DNA of 64,000 nt from a virus (taxonomy: Duplodnaviria; Caudoviricetes): positions 64,001-128,000 of the IMG/VR virus record IMGVR_UViG_3300021400_001366. One strand, 5' to 3'. This document shows positions 29,146 through 39,635 of this stretch, piece by piece (position 1 is the stretch's first letter; every line of letters begins with the position of its first letter). The translations under genes and the position numbers were made by a program. The notes beneath the pieces were generated by a model that was not told where the DNA came from, searched no databases, and was given only the letters and a program-made list of their open reading frames with translations.

Positions 29146-29547
29146 TTAATCACCGACTAATTCAACAAATCCGTCAAGCGACATAATCTCCTTCGCGGTC
29201 ATGGTCTGGTCGCCCAAAGAATCATAGCTTATGGTGATAGGGGAGAACTCGCAATCCATTTCTGTATTGTTGAGTTCGTCGATTGCCTTTGAGAAGCCAA
29301 TCATATTTTTGAGTCCTTCGCGCTTTGATTCTTCGTCATCGCCATGAACGAATCGGATTGTGCCGTCTTGATTGGGCTGACCTTTGTATTGTTCGATAAG
29401 CGCTCTTTCGCGTTCGACACCGAACTGGTATACTTGGTCGATTTCCTTTGTGAGCTTGTAAACGTTATAAGCGTCACGCACAGGAAGGTTCATATTTGAA
29501 AGTTTTTGAAGCGCATTGTATGCGTTGTTAAATTGATTGTATTTCAT
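29146..29547 (-). CDS. Hypothetical protein commonly found after tail fibre genes
   Basis: L..LSNMNLPV..AY..YKL pattern. Confidence 0.6.
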   Translation of the reverse strand: MKYNQFNNAYNALQKLSNMNLPVRDAYNVYKLTKEIDQVYQFGVERERALIEQYKGQPNQDGTIRFVHGDDEESKREGLKNMIGFSKAIDELNNTEMDCEFSPITISYDSLGDQTMTAKEIMSLDGFVELVGD

Positions 29548-29567
29548 TTCTCTATCCTTTCTCTTAA

Positions 29568-32500
29568 TTAGGTTCCAACAGCTATCCAACAAAAACTACG
29601 CGAACTAGTATCACCGTTTTTTGAAATCTTAAAACCGCTAGTTGATCTCGCATGAACTGAATAACCTATATTTACAGATGTTTCCTTTAGAAGAGTAACG
29701 GTAACAATTGGAGTCGAAGAAAATGAATTAGTAAAGTTTACGGTTCCATCTTCGCTGGAGAAATTTATTGTACCATACTCTACCCTGACATTAGTAGTAG
29801 GAACAGATGTGACATACAGTTTCCCATTTAAAATTCCAAGTCCAGAACCATAGTCCACAGAAATAGTATTGTTGCTTATTGATATACCATTACCAGCAGA
29901 ATATGATGTGCCGCCGCCGCCGCCAGATGCAACATATAGCTGACCGCTACTATTCACCTTAATTGTGCTATTATCATATTTGACCATGCCATAATACGAC
30001 TGCGTTGCTGGTGGCATCTTGTAATTCGTAGTTCTACCATTAATAGTTATACTACCAATAGTTATAGCATTCGGATCAGAAACATAATCTGATGCTGATA
30101 CAGTAATACTGCTACCACCGCCGCCACTAAATTCTGCGTAGCTCGTTTCATTGCCAATGTAGTATTTTTCTGCGTACACATTACGACAATAAATATCACC
30201 GTCATATCTCTGATTATCTTTTCGCTTACCAACTTCAAGACCTAATGGATTTAAATGCGAAACGGCTGAACCGCTAGTTTTTAGATCGCCACTACTATTA
30301 ACTTCGCCAAGGAACACTTGTAGCGAACCCCATTCGTTTGTATACTCATCGCCAGCCGTATAGAATGTTGAAGCCCTAATACGCATACCATAGGTAGGAT
30401 TATACATTCTAAATCCATTATTCGTTATAGTAGTATACGAACCCGCTGTGGTTGCACCAGACGTTTGTATTTGATTAAAAGTAGAGACATTTGCTGACAA
30501 GTTACCAGAGAATGTTCCTGTAGCACCATCTAATGCGCCTTTAATCGTGCAATCACCATCAATAGTAAGATCGCTAACGTGCATAGAACCGCTTGATGAG
30601 TAAAAGCCAGAGCCAGTTACGCCACCAAAAGTAATCTTGCCGCTTCCATCTGTGGGTAGATTGGCTGCCTGAATATTACCACTGAAATACGCATTGCCAC
30701 CATAAATTTCCATCAATGCAGTACCACCGATAGTATAGAACCCTAGTTTGTCACTGGTCGCCTGAAAATACGAACCGTTTTGGTCACTTACCTTAATACC
30801 GACATATGGATTAATGTCAACACGATAACGATGTGGGTCTGAGCCATATCCGTATATATTGAATCCCATGCTCTCGCTGGTGATCTCTACCCACTCTTCT
30901 TCTTCAGCGTCATAACGGTAGAGTTTATTATTATCGTTGGTATCACACCATATATCGCCATCGCGCATACCTTCCGTTGGTGCATTATCTTGCGCAAAGG
31001 TCGCAACAGACATAGACGCAACATAATCACCAATATCCATTTCTTCTGCGCCATCGGCAATTGTCAAACTGGTAGCAGTAACAGCGCCGGTAAAACTGCC
31101 GTTCGCCGCGTCAATCGTTCCCTTGAAGTGCGCGTTACCCGCATTGTCCATCCAGATAACATCTTCATCGCCTGAAACACTTTTCGCGATTTCCAGAGTG
31201 TCGCCAGTAGGTTCATACCACCAATCGCCCGGTTCAAATGTGCTAGGCGCATCCTCGTACACCATTAGCTGATACTTGCCGATTGAAAGCCCTGTAATCA
31301 CAGATTGTGCTCCAACCGCTTTAGCAGTTACAGTACGGTTATTCCTTGTGGACAGCCTGAAATACTTTGCGTCAGAAGGTATGATCGTAGTTGTGCCAGC
31401 CATCAAATTAGAATGGAAGCTCTGATCTTCTTTATACAGTGCGTTATACTGCAAGTTGTCGGGTGAAGTTGTTGTAATTTCAATAGCTTCTGTATTTCCA
31501 AGGGCGACGAAATCAGTATATATCCAGTCTTGGTATGGTATTAGTGAACCATCTGAATCGCTAATATATCCTCCATCTGTCCATGAAAGGGTATAATCTG
31601 TTTCTACCTGACTTGAAGCCTTATATTCTGTCCATGTATGATTGTTCACTGTGCCTGAACAGTAATAGACCTTGTTAGTGGTGGAATCCACAAACAGGTC
31701 ATTCACGTTCGCTTCGTTCGCGTCTGGTTTGGTTGCCTGAACGTAGACATCTACGGTTTCCTCTGACAAGCTGCGGCTGGCCACATAATGCGAGACAACA
31801 TACTTCATATTTGCAGAAGCATCAGTTCCCCATTGTGCGGTTGCGCGTGACTTAACCTTGAACACATCAAAAACGCCATTCTTCGTTGAAACCAGCGTCA
31901 ATCCGTTTTCATCCAGCTTGATACTGCCACCGCGATTGTACACGTAAACCTTATTGGACAGCATCAACTTGCCGACAAGCGTATCAGCGATAACACCATA
32001 AGACTGAACTTCTGCTCCGGTTTCAGGATCATAATACACAAAATCACCAATGCCAGACCGCATTGTTCTCCATGCGTCATCAGTCATGTATATGCCGCGA
32101 TTGATAATCCTGAGTTGCTTATCATCGTAATCTTCGGTAATATCGTCATACTGTCTCGCCAGAACACCGTTTTCATCAATGAGTAGCTTCTGGTTTTCCG
32201 CGTCGCTCATGATCTTCATCAACGTCAAAGACAAACCTTTGTCTACCCATACGTCCATCTCATCTTTACTTTGCTTGCCCTTAGACGCTTGATGCATGAC
32301 TGAGTCATAAGAGGTTGCCATGCTGGATGCTTGATTGACAATGCTTTCAAGATCGGAAGTACCATCAGCGGTACGGATAATGTCTGAAAACTCTACTGCT
32401 AGACTAGCTGGGTTGTCGTGGTCTATCCGATATGAGATCAGGCGCAGCTTATAAATCTCGCCGTCAACACGCAGCCGAATCCAGTTGCCAACGCAGAAGT

Positions 32501-34622
32501 AATCCACGATTGGCTGGAACTCCTTCATAAACAGAAGGTTTTGCAAGGTCGCTGTGATACTGTGCTGCAAGTGCGATGATTTGTACAGTTCCTTTGTCGC
32601 CGCTTCAATAAGTTCTCTCGCGCGGTCAAACAATTCCTTGTTGTCCAGACCGTCAGAGATATAGTTATCATTGGAATAGAGCTGTTCGCGGCGATAAGAA
32701 ACAAACTCCTTCCACAATGTTTCACCAACAAAATTCTCAAAATTGAGGGTATTCTGAATAGCCGCATTTGCATCAGATATAATTGTCTGCATACCGTTTA
32801 CAGACAACATACCTTGGCTGTCATACGCGCCGGTAACGATAGCAATTTCATTGTTCCTCAGATTGATTTCGGATTGCAGCGCATTATACTTGTTGTAATA
32901 CGGCACGTAAACAGTACCATATAGATTTACGCCAGATGCATTTTGTGTGCTGTTCTGCTCAATCAGGATGTTCATACATGCCTGACATGCATCCCTGAAT
33001 GAGATTAGGCTGGCCAGACAATACTTCTTAATCTCCTGAATAAACTCGTCTTGATCTAGCTTAAACAGCTCAGTAATATCCGAGGTGCCATCAACACCAT
33101 TATGCAATGTCTTTGTTAGATTCTGCTTGACATAGGTGATATAGTCAGATGTCACAGTCAGCGAAATCTGGTTAGTGTTCGCGGTATCATCTGAATCAGA
33201 ATAGCCGGTAACAGTAAGTACGCCCTTCCAGACAGAACCAGTCAAGCTAGTTGAGCCGGGTTTGATCTTAACGGCATAGCCATCGTCCAGATAAGTTTTC
33301 GCCAGAGCAATGACAGCATTGGACGCGGTGTTCAGCGAATAATTATTGCTCTTGACCGCGACAAACTGCAAGCTGCTTAAATGGTTTAGCTTTGCAACTT
33401 CATCAGCAGCAGAAGAGCCAATGTCAACTCCGGGCATGAGAACGCTTTCCAAGAATAGCTGCATGTCAATGGTTTCATACAGCGCGTTCAACAGATTAGG
33501 ATAGCCAGTAATTGAAGTGCTGATCGTCTTAAAAGGATCGTGCTTGATTCCACTGTCAGCCGCGATTATATTGTTGTATTTTGTGACCAAAGCATTGTAT
33601 GCAGAGACAATATCAGAATCGAGAGTTGTCACATGTGTGTCCCGATAATCGGCATACAGCGAATCATACTGAGCCAGCTTTGTCCTAAGTTCCTCTGACA
33701 TATCAGCGCGGACGGCATCAGTCAGGTTCCAGATATACGCGCTGCCATTCGGGTTGCAGTTAATAACGGTAGCAGACATAAGATCGTCGCCGCCCTCAAC
33801 CTTGAAGCAGTTCTTCACGGAATCGACATCGGATGAATAGTTAATACTTTCCGCAAGATTCTCGACTGTAACAAAAATCGTGGTATCGTCACCATAACCA
33901 TGTTTCAGGTCTGTGCCACCGCAGGAAGGGCAAGTGTCGCCATCGAATACGCCACGATAGCCGCATGTTCCACAGACTGTTTCCATGTCGTAAACGCTAA
34001 TCTTTCTCGCGGGTTTACCTTCAACATCAGAGGAATCGAAGATAAAGATGCAACCAATTTCTTCACTGATCTCCTGAAAAGCGTCATATATGGTTTTGTC
34101 ATTGAAGGTAAAAGTGCGTTGAATATTCTTGATTGAATTGTCAACGTGGTCTATACTGTAATGCGGCGCTTTGTCAAGCAGGCGGGTAAGAAGTGAAGCA
34201 TCTGGATCATCCGAATCATATAGGACAGTTGGCTTATAGTCATCGCGCGAAATATCAGTTTCGGTATTAATCTCAATGTTGTAAAGGTTGACCTGAGATA
34301 GCTCTGCTTCGCCCAAACTCTTCGCGGTGACGTTCTTACAAATGCTGTTAGATTCATCTATTTCAACGTATATCTCAAAATAGATATTCCATTCAGGACA
34401 CCACGCAAGCCTGAAATCCTGAACATCATCCCATAGTGGGTAATCTGTACCGTTCTCTGCTTTGTATACTTTGAATTGAAGCTCGGAATACTCGTTCAGG
34501 TTATCGGCAGTAACTATATTCCGAGCTGGGATATAGCCGAGCTTATTGCCGTTACGATTTGCCAGCACTAAAGTCGGCGGTATCGCATTGTTGTTATTAT
34601 CAAACTTGATTTTGATTGCCAA
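29568..34622 (-). CDS. Tail tip / host-specificity protein (Tal-like plus receptor-binding modules)
   Basis: Follows distal tail gene; GVIADTLVGKL; internal zinc ribbon; C-terminal H-type-lectin-like FSSTP.VTVT..WIAVG. Confidence 0.8.
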   Translation of the reverse strand: MAIKIKFDNNNNAIPPTLVLANRNGNKLGYIPARNIVTADNLNEYSELQFKVYKAENGTDYPLWDDVQDFRLAWCPEWNIYFEIYVEIDESNSICKNVTAKSLGEAELSQVNLYNIEINTETDISRDDYKPTVLYDSDDPDASLLTRLLDKAPHYSIDHVDNSIKNIQRTFTFNDKTIYDAFQEISEEIGCIFIFDSSDVEGKPARKISVYDMETVCGTCGYRGVFDGDTCPSCGGTDLKHGYGDDTTIFVTVENLAESINYSSDVDSVKNCFKVEGGDDLMSATVINCNPNGSAYIWNLTDAVRADMSEELRTKLAQYDSLYADYRDTHVTTLDSDIVSAYNALVTKYNNIIAADSGIKHDPFKTISTSITGYPNLLNALYETIDMQLFLESVLMPGVDIGSSAADEVAKLNHLSSLQFVAVKSNNYSLNTASNAVIALAKTYLDDGYAVKIKPGSTSLTGSVWKGVLTVTGYSDSDDTANTNQISLTVTSDYITYVKQNLTKTLHNGVDGTSDITELFKLDQDEFIQEIKKYCLASLISFRDACQACMNILIEQNSTQNASGVNLYGTVYVPYYNKYNALQSEINLRNNEIAIVTGAYDSQGMLSVNGMQTIISDANAAIQNTLNFENFVGETLWKEFVSYRREQLYSNDNYISDGLDNKELFDRARELIEAATKELYKSSHLQHSITATLQNLLFMKEFQPIVDYFCVGNWIRLRVDGEIYKLRLISYRIDHDNPASLAVEFSDIIRTADGTSDLESIVNQASSMATSYDSVMHQASKGKQSKDEMDVWVDKGLSLTLMKIMSDAENQKLLIDENGVLARQYDDITEDYDDKQLRIINRGIYMTDDAWRTMRSGIGDFVYYDPETGAEVQSYGVIADTLVGKLMLSNKVYVYNRGGSIKLDENGLTLVSTKNGVFDVFKVKSRATAQWGTDASANMKYVVSHYVASRSLSEETVDVYVQATKPDANEANVNDLFVDSTTNKVYYCSGTVNNHTWTEYKASSQVETDYTLSWTDGGYISDSDGSLIPYQDWIYTDFVALGNTEAIEITTTSPDNLQYNALYKEDQSFHSNLMAGTTTIIPSDAKYFRLSTRNNRTVTAKAVGAQSVITGLSIGKYQLMVYEDAPSTFEPGDWWYEPTGDTLEIAKSVSGDEDVIWMDNAGNAHFKGTIDAANGSFTGAVTATSLTIADGAEEMDIGDYVASMSVATFAQDNAPTEGMRDGDIWCDTNDNNKLYRYDAEEEEWVEITSESMGFNIYGYGSDPHRYRVDINPYVGIKVSDQNGSYFQATSDKLGFYTIGGTALMEIYGGNAYFSGNIQAANLPTDGSGKITFGGVTGSGFYSSSGSMHVSDLTIDGDCTIKGALDGATGTFSGNLSANVSTFNQIQTSGATTAGSYTTITNNGFRMYNPTYGMRIRASTFYTAGDEYTNEWGSLQVFLGEVNSSGDLKTSGSAVSHLNPLGLEVGKRKDNQRYDGDIYCRNVYAEKYYIGNETSYAEFSGGGGSSITVSASDYVSDPNAITIGSITINGRTTNYKMPPATQSYYGMVKYDNSTIKVNSSGQLYVASGGGGGTSYSAGNGISISNNTISVDYGSGLGILNGKLYVTSVPTTNVRVEYGTINFSSEDGTVNFTNSFSSTPIVTVTLLKETSVNIGYSVHARSTSGFKISKNGDTSSRSFCWIAVGT

Positions 34623-34636
34623 TAATCTTCACCTTC

Positions 34637-35467
34637 TTAGTCTGGAATGTCTTTAATCAACGGTGTATACTGAATATTCACTGTGCAAGGTAATGAAAAT
34701 GTGATTACATTCGTCTTATCTGTATATGAATTGCCAATCATAGGGAATACATAATTGAAGTCATTATATATTTTGTGTGAGGAATTGTCAGTGGTAATAA
34801 TTTGGGTGTCACCGTAGAAAACTATCTTTTCATTCGCTGAACAGTTTGCAACAGTAGTAACCATTCCGGTAAAAGCATTGGAAATGGTTAGATCGCCAGC
34901 CGTGCTGCATTTAACAGAAAACGAGTCCAAGTAATGATAGCCTATTTCATCTGAATTATCATCGAGACTGATTGAACCGCCAGACGTAAGCAAATCCCAT
35001 CGACGCACTACCGAATATCCATGAGCAAACGGACTATCCGTTTCCATGACGAGCCTGATTCCATACAGAATAGAGTTTACATATATCTTACTAACATTAA
35101 ATGATGCATTGAGGACTAACTGATTATTATGCGTCAGATCGTTTATATCATAGAGCGGTCTAAAAGGAAGAAACTCATTCCTGTTTAACCATTTTGCAAT
35201 ATCACGATATTCAGTATTTGTAATCTCCATGTCGCTGTAATCATGCAATTCTGGATTCTTGCAAATATCAAAAGTTGTGGTTAAACATTCCATGTATTGA
35301 GTGCCGGTCAGACCATACTTTCTGCCTTTGTCCCTTGCAACCTTATCGAAAGTAATGTTATGCCCGGGCATACCAATAGACGTGCCTGTCTGTCCGTCAA
35401 AGTTACAGATAATAAAATCCTTGCTACTCAGCGTTACGCCGTCATATTCAAAATCTAGCGCATACAT
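34637..35467 (-). CDS. Distal tail protein (Dit-like)
   Basis: DFEYDG..LS, WLNR..F, TDSPFA, FNY.FP; position. Confidence 0.7.
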   Translation of the reverse strand: MYALDFEYDGVTLSSKDFIICNFDGQTGTSIGMPGHNITFDKVARDKGRKYGLTGTQYMECLTTTFDICKNPELHDYSDMEITNTEYRDIAKWLNRNEFLPFRPLYDINDLTHNNQLVLNASFNVSKIYVNSILYGIRLVMETDSPFAHGYSVVRRWDLLTSGGSISLDDNSDEIGYHYLDSFSVKCSTAGDLTISNAFTGMVTTVANCSANEKIVFYGDTQIITTDNSSHKIYNDFNYVFPMIGNSYTDKTNVITFSLPCTVNIQYTPLIKDIPD

Positions 35468-35480
35468 TCGTCATCCTCCC

Positions 35481-36069
35481 TTATTTGTTCAACATAGAAT
35501 TTAGCGCTTTCAGACTGTTCTTGCCAAAGATTCCATCTACTTCAATATTGGCTGCGGTCTGCAAAGCCTTAACTGCCGCTTCGGTTTTCCTGCCAAAGTC
35601 GCCATCAACTTCACCACAATTAAAGCCCAGCTTGTTTAGCTTCTCTTGAAGTTCGGCAACATCGTCACCCTTTAAGCCGCGCTTGAGATTGCGAGTAATG
35701 AGTTTAGATTCTTCCTTCTTGGGTTCATCATCATATGTAATCAGGCTTTCGGGCAGATAAGACCAGTCAACCCACTTGCGATCCTTTAGCCTGGTTTTGA
35801 CAACACCGTAGTTAAAACCACGCGCTTCAACCACATAGCCGCCGCCGATATAAACACCAACGTGACCTTCCATGAATACAGCTAATCCAGGAACATCAGG
35901 AATAGAAGCAATCTTGCCATGCTTACATCCCTTCTTCTTTAGCCATGAGAAGAAACCGTTTGCGGACTTGTCGGGCATACCATTAGAAGCATATGTACTT
36001 TTAAAGTTGCCCGTTCCGTTAATATAATCAAGTATTCCTTGACCACCATCAGTCCAGAAAAATGCTTTA
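35481..36069 (-). CDS. NlpC/P60-type endolysin, exon 2 (catalytic His and PG-binding domain)
   Basis: KAFFWT..GHVGVYIGGG.VVEARG; C-terminal PG_binding_1. Confidence 0.88.
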
Positions 36070-36397
36070 CAATTTGTTAGTCTGAATATTTCTACTCAGT
36101 TCGGACTATATCTTCATCCTATAAGGACGCCTACCACTTCCATTTCACTTGAAATGTACTCCCAAAGGGATAGTCTCTGAACCTTGCTCTGTTCGAGCCT
36201 TGGCTGCTGATTGCCCATTATAAGTATTTAGGGTTTAACCATGTACCATCTATGTTTTTCTTTCTGCTTTCGCCACATTCGCGTTTAGCTGTATTTCATG
36301 CTTGCGCTGTAGTAAACATAGCTTTAGGGTTTCCCAGCAATTCGATAGGTTATTTTGCGAACACATCACTGTGAACGATGACTAAAGCATAATGCCA
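36070..36397 (-). ncRNA. Group I intron (328 nt, ORF-less) in the endolysin
   Basis: P1 atgat|..gtcat; 8-bp P10 (intron atgcttta / exon taaagcat); P, Q, R, S motifs; terminal G. Confidence 0.93.
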
Positions 36398-36603
36398 ATC
36401 ATTCCAATACAATCTACGCACACTTTCTTGTCTGCGATAGCTTGACGGTACTTCTTCATTCGACTAGCACCATAATGGCTAGGATATTGCTTCGCCTTGC
36501 GCTGTAGTAAATCTTCGGTGCATTTGTAGCCGCACGTTCCATACCAATACGGCATACCAATCATAGCTTGAACGAAAGCGACTAATTGCGAGGAAGTGAA
36601 CAT
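36398..36603 (-). CDS. NlpC/P60-type endolysin, exon 1 (spliced protein 264 aa)
   Basis: PYWYG...DCIGMI with catalytic Cys. Confidence 0.88.
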
Positions 36604-36920
36604 CACTTGTCAACTCCTTTTATTTTCTTGCCTTTGAGTACGGCTTGCATTTGTTGCGAGTATTTCTTTTTCAACAGCAGTATTTCTTCTACTGCCTTTT
36701 GATATTTATCTTTAATCTCTTTTGCTTGCGAGACAAGTTCACGGCGTTCATGATCGAGCTTTTCAATATCGTCAATCATCTGATTGAAACCGTCTACTTG
36801 CATTTGCAGAGATTTGTTTTCGTTTTTAACAACCGCCAGCTCAGCCTCTAAGTCTTGTATTTGCTTTTCGGCTTCTTCTGCGCGTTTCCGTTGAATCTCA
36901 AATTTTCTCTCATAATTCAT
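36603..36920 (-). CDS. Coiled-coil hypothetical protein
   Basis: GGAGG RBS; heptads. Confidence 0.7.
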   Translation of the reverse strand: MNYERKFEIQRKRAEEAEKQIQDLEAELAVVKNENKSLQMQVDGFNQMIDDIEKLDHERRELVSQAKEIKDKYQKAVEEILLLKKKYSQQMQAVLKGKKIKGVDK

Positions 36921-36942
36921 CTATCTTCCTCCACTTATTGAA

Positions 36943-36969
36943 AAGGGGAGTCCTATTAAGACTCCCCTT
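36943..36969. repeat. GGGGAGTC-N7-GACTCCCC palindrome, copy 2 (after TMP stop)
   Basis: aaggggagtc-ctattaa-gactcccctt. Confidence 0.85.
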
Positions 36970-36972
36970 CGA

Positions 36973-38166
36973 TTAGAACTTGAACTTCCTTAGTTTCTGT
37001 CTACCAACCACAAGATCAGTAGTCATAGACTGGATAAGTTTCTCAAACCTGCCATCTCTCTGAACCTGATACATGAAGTCATCCAGATTCTCGACATGCT
37101 GAATATTGATTCCACCGACCTCAACCTGAACGTTAGTGTCTCCATTATTGAAGCTACTAGCGCCAACAGATGTAATAAGATCGTTCATATCAATCAGCTT
37201 TTGCAGACCGGGAACATTGTTGACAAGTTTTTCAATTTGCTTGTACTGCCGTTCAGTGAACACAGCTTCACCACGCTTTAAGGTATTGAACGTCAGCATA
37301 TCGTCGCCATTTTGATAGGCCATCTTTTGCAGACCGGCAACAAAGCCACCTTCTGCAAAACCCATCTTTCTCGCACCATTAGAGTTGAACCAACGCTCTT
37401 TGCCCTTGTACAAAATCTTGGTGTAACCATTCTTTTCACCGAGGTATTCATACGTTTCGCCCTTGTGAACAATTGAGTCGGTTCTGCCTTTCTTGGGGCC
37501 GTTCTTGTACAGCCACCATTGACCGTTGACAACCTTAACCATCTTCTTTTCGGAAGCAGGTTCCTCTTTCGCTGGTTCTTCAGTCTTGGCTTCTGGTTTC
37601 AAGGTTGGGGCGTTTGGATCGGCTTCCGTTTCGGGTGTTGTTTCTGCAATGTAACCAGCGGCAATACTATCGCCAGCGGCTTTCATGTTAGCAATCTGGT
37701 TGCTAATCATGTTCAATGCTGTATTGACAGTTGTCAACTGAGTATAGAAACTATCACCATATTTAGAAACGACATTCTCTGCGCCTGACCAAATCGTGCT
37801 CATTTCATCTGACATGGTATAACCAACTGCGGCAGTTTCAGAAGCAATAGTTGCCTGAATGTCTGCGGCGTTCGCATTGGTGTAGTCGATCATGTCATCC
37901 ATGAGTGCGTCAATGTTATCAAGGCGCTCATTGAGCATGGTTTCATACTCATCGTAGAGATCGTCAAGGAGCTTCTTCTGGTCTTTCACGTACTTGTCGT
38001 ACTGGGTTTCCTGAAGGTTTTCCTGAGCTTCCTGCAAGCTGGTGTTTAGCTTCTGGATTCTCGCGCGATTCTCTTCTGATGTGTCATTAGCATAGGCGGC
38101 TAATTGCTTTTGAAGTGAAGCGATTTCTTTGGTTTGCTTTGAAACTTTCTTTTGATAGTCGTATAA
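36973..38166 (-). CDS. Tape measure protein, exon 4 (includes an SH3b-like segment)
   Basis: Splice gives AKD|LYDYQKK; FAEGG...LKRGEAVFT C-terminus. Confidence 0.88.
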   Translation of the reverse strand, partial: LYDYQKKVSKQTKEIASLQKQLAAYANDTSEENRARIQKLNTSLQEAQENLQETQYDKYVKDQKKLLDDLYDEYETMLNERLDNIDALMDDMIDYTNANAADIQATIASETAAVGYTMSDEMSTIWSGAENVVSKYGDSFYTQLTTVNTALNMISNQIANMKAAGDSIAAGYIAETTPETEADPNAPTLKPEAKTEEPAKEEPASEKKMVKVVNGQWWLYKNGPKKGRTDSIVHKGETYEYLGEKNGYTKILYKGKERWFNSNGARKMGFAEGGFVAGLQKMAYQNGDDMLTFNTLKRGEAVFTERQYKQIEKLVNNVPGLQKLIDMNDLITSVGASSFNNGDTNVQVEVGGINIQHVENLDDFMYQVQRDGRFEKLIQSMTTDLVVGRQKLRKFKF

Positions 38167-38488
38167 CCATAGGTATTTCGCATGTTTCGTTAAGACATAC
38201 GGCATATATGCCTTTGACTTTCGCCAAAGTGTAGACTATATCTTCACCATACATTTCTGTTTAGGTGCTCTCTACTTCGGAACACTTGCTCCTACTCCCA
38301 TTCCAGGGATAGTCGTTGAACGTTCTCCTGTTCGGAGCTCCGCTGCTGATTGCCCAATTTTCAAACTTTTCGACCATCACGCTTGACCGTGTTTCATGTC
38401 TACGTTGTGGTGTTGAAACTCTAAGGGTTTCCCAGCAATTCAGAGAGATACACTATACGCTTTCACAGTATAGCGGACTATTAGTATA
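38167..38488 (-). ncRNA. Group I intron TMP-I3 (322 nt, ORF-less)
   Basis: P1 gat|tat..atagtc; AATTGCTGGGAA, AATCAGCAG, AACGACTA, AAGATATAGTCT; terminal G; phase 0. Confidence 0.92.
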
Positions 38489-39315
38489 ATCTTTTGCGCT
38501 ATCAAGAGAGTCCTCATACGCACTTATAAGATCCTTGAGGGAATCGAGTTCGTTGTTAATTCCTTCTTCGACCAGATCAGAAACGGCTTCCTTTTCCTGT
38601 TGCGCGGCAATGATAGATTCCTGCTGGAGTTTAAGCAGTTCATCACGGCGGCTGATTAGATTCTTGTCGGTTGAGTTACCGGCAATTTCAGCGTTCAGGC
38701 TCTTGACTTCTTCTCCGTACTTGTCGGCCTGAGCCATAAGTACGTCGTAGTTTACAGCGTGTAAACCGATAACAGCTTGACCTTGGCGCGTCAGTTGACC
38801 ATCGTCAAACAGTTTTGAACCTTCCATGAGTTCAATCAGGAAATTGGCTTCATCTGTTATGGTTGAAATTCGCTGCTGCAAGAAGTCGAACGCTTCCCAT
38901 TTTGCGTCACGTATTTTGTTGTCGAGATTAATGATTTCAATTTGCGCGGCTTGAATTGCCTCTTTGACACCATTGATCTCTATTTGCATCTTGTACCAGT
39001 CAGCCGACCCCTTGGCAATTTTACCTGAATTGAGTGCGCTTGACATGGCCTGAATCATCGCGGCTAATTGTGCTTCAAGTAGCTGGATGTTCTGCTGCTG
39101 GATAGCTTGCATTTGACGGTATAGCTGTTCACCGCTGAGCATACCTCTTGCTTCGATTTCGTCCAATCCATGATTGTATGAATTGGTCATGTGTTCGAGC
39201 AGAGATAGTTGATTGTCGAAATCTTCCTGAACAGCATCAAACCGTTTGCTATAAAGTTCGCCCAGACTTTCGTTAAGCTCTTCTACGGCATCAGATGCTT
39301 TAAGAGCTTTATCAT
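38489..39315 (-). CDS. Tape measure protein, exon 3
   Basis: Open frame from 39313 through ORF 38453..39190; helical TMP composition. Confidence 0.88.
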
Positions 39316-39635
39316 CGTTGTATTTAACTGGTTCGCTACGCCAGCCGAGTTAAACTCCACACGCTTTCGCGTATGACTAGACTATATCTTCTTCCTGAAA
39401 TCAGGAGGTTTACTATTTCGGATTGCCAATCGCTTGCAACCCTACTCCCATAGGGATAGTCGTTGAACCTTCCGCTGTTCGCGGCTTGGCTGCTGATTAC
39501 CCAATCCATAGGATTTTCAACCGTCACGTTTGGTCGTGTTTCATACCTGCGTTGTGGCTCTATGGCTCTAAGGGCTTTCCAGCAATTAAGTAAAATTGTC
39601 AACATGCATCGCTGCATGAAGTGGCATTTTCAAAT
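39316..39635 (-). ncRNA. Group I intron TMP-I2 (320 nt, ORF-less)
   Basis: P1 tggt|at..atgcca; P, Q, R, S motifs; splice gives EWY-DKAL; phase 1. Confidence 0.92.
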
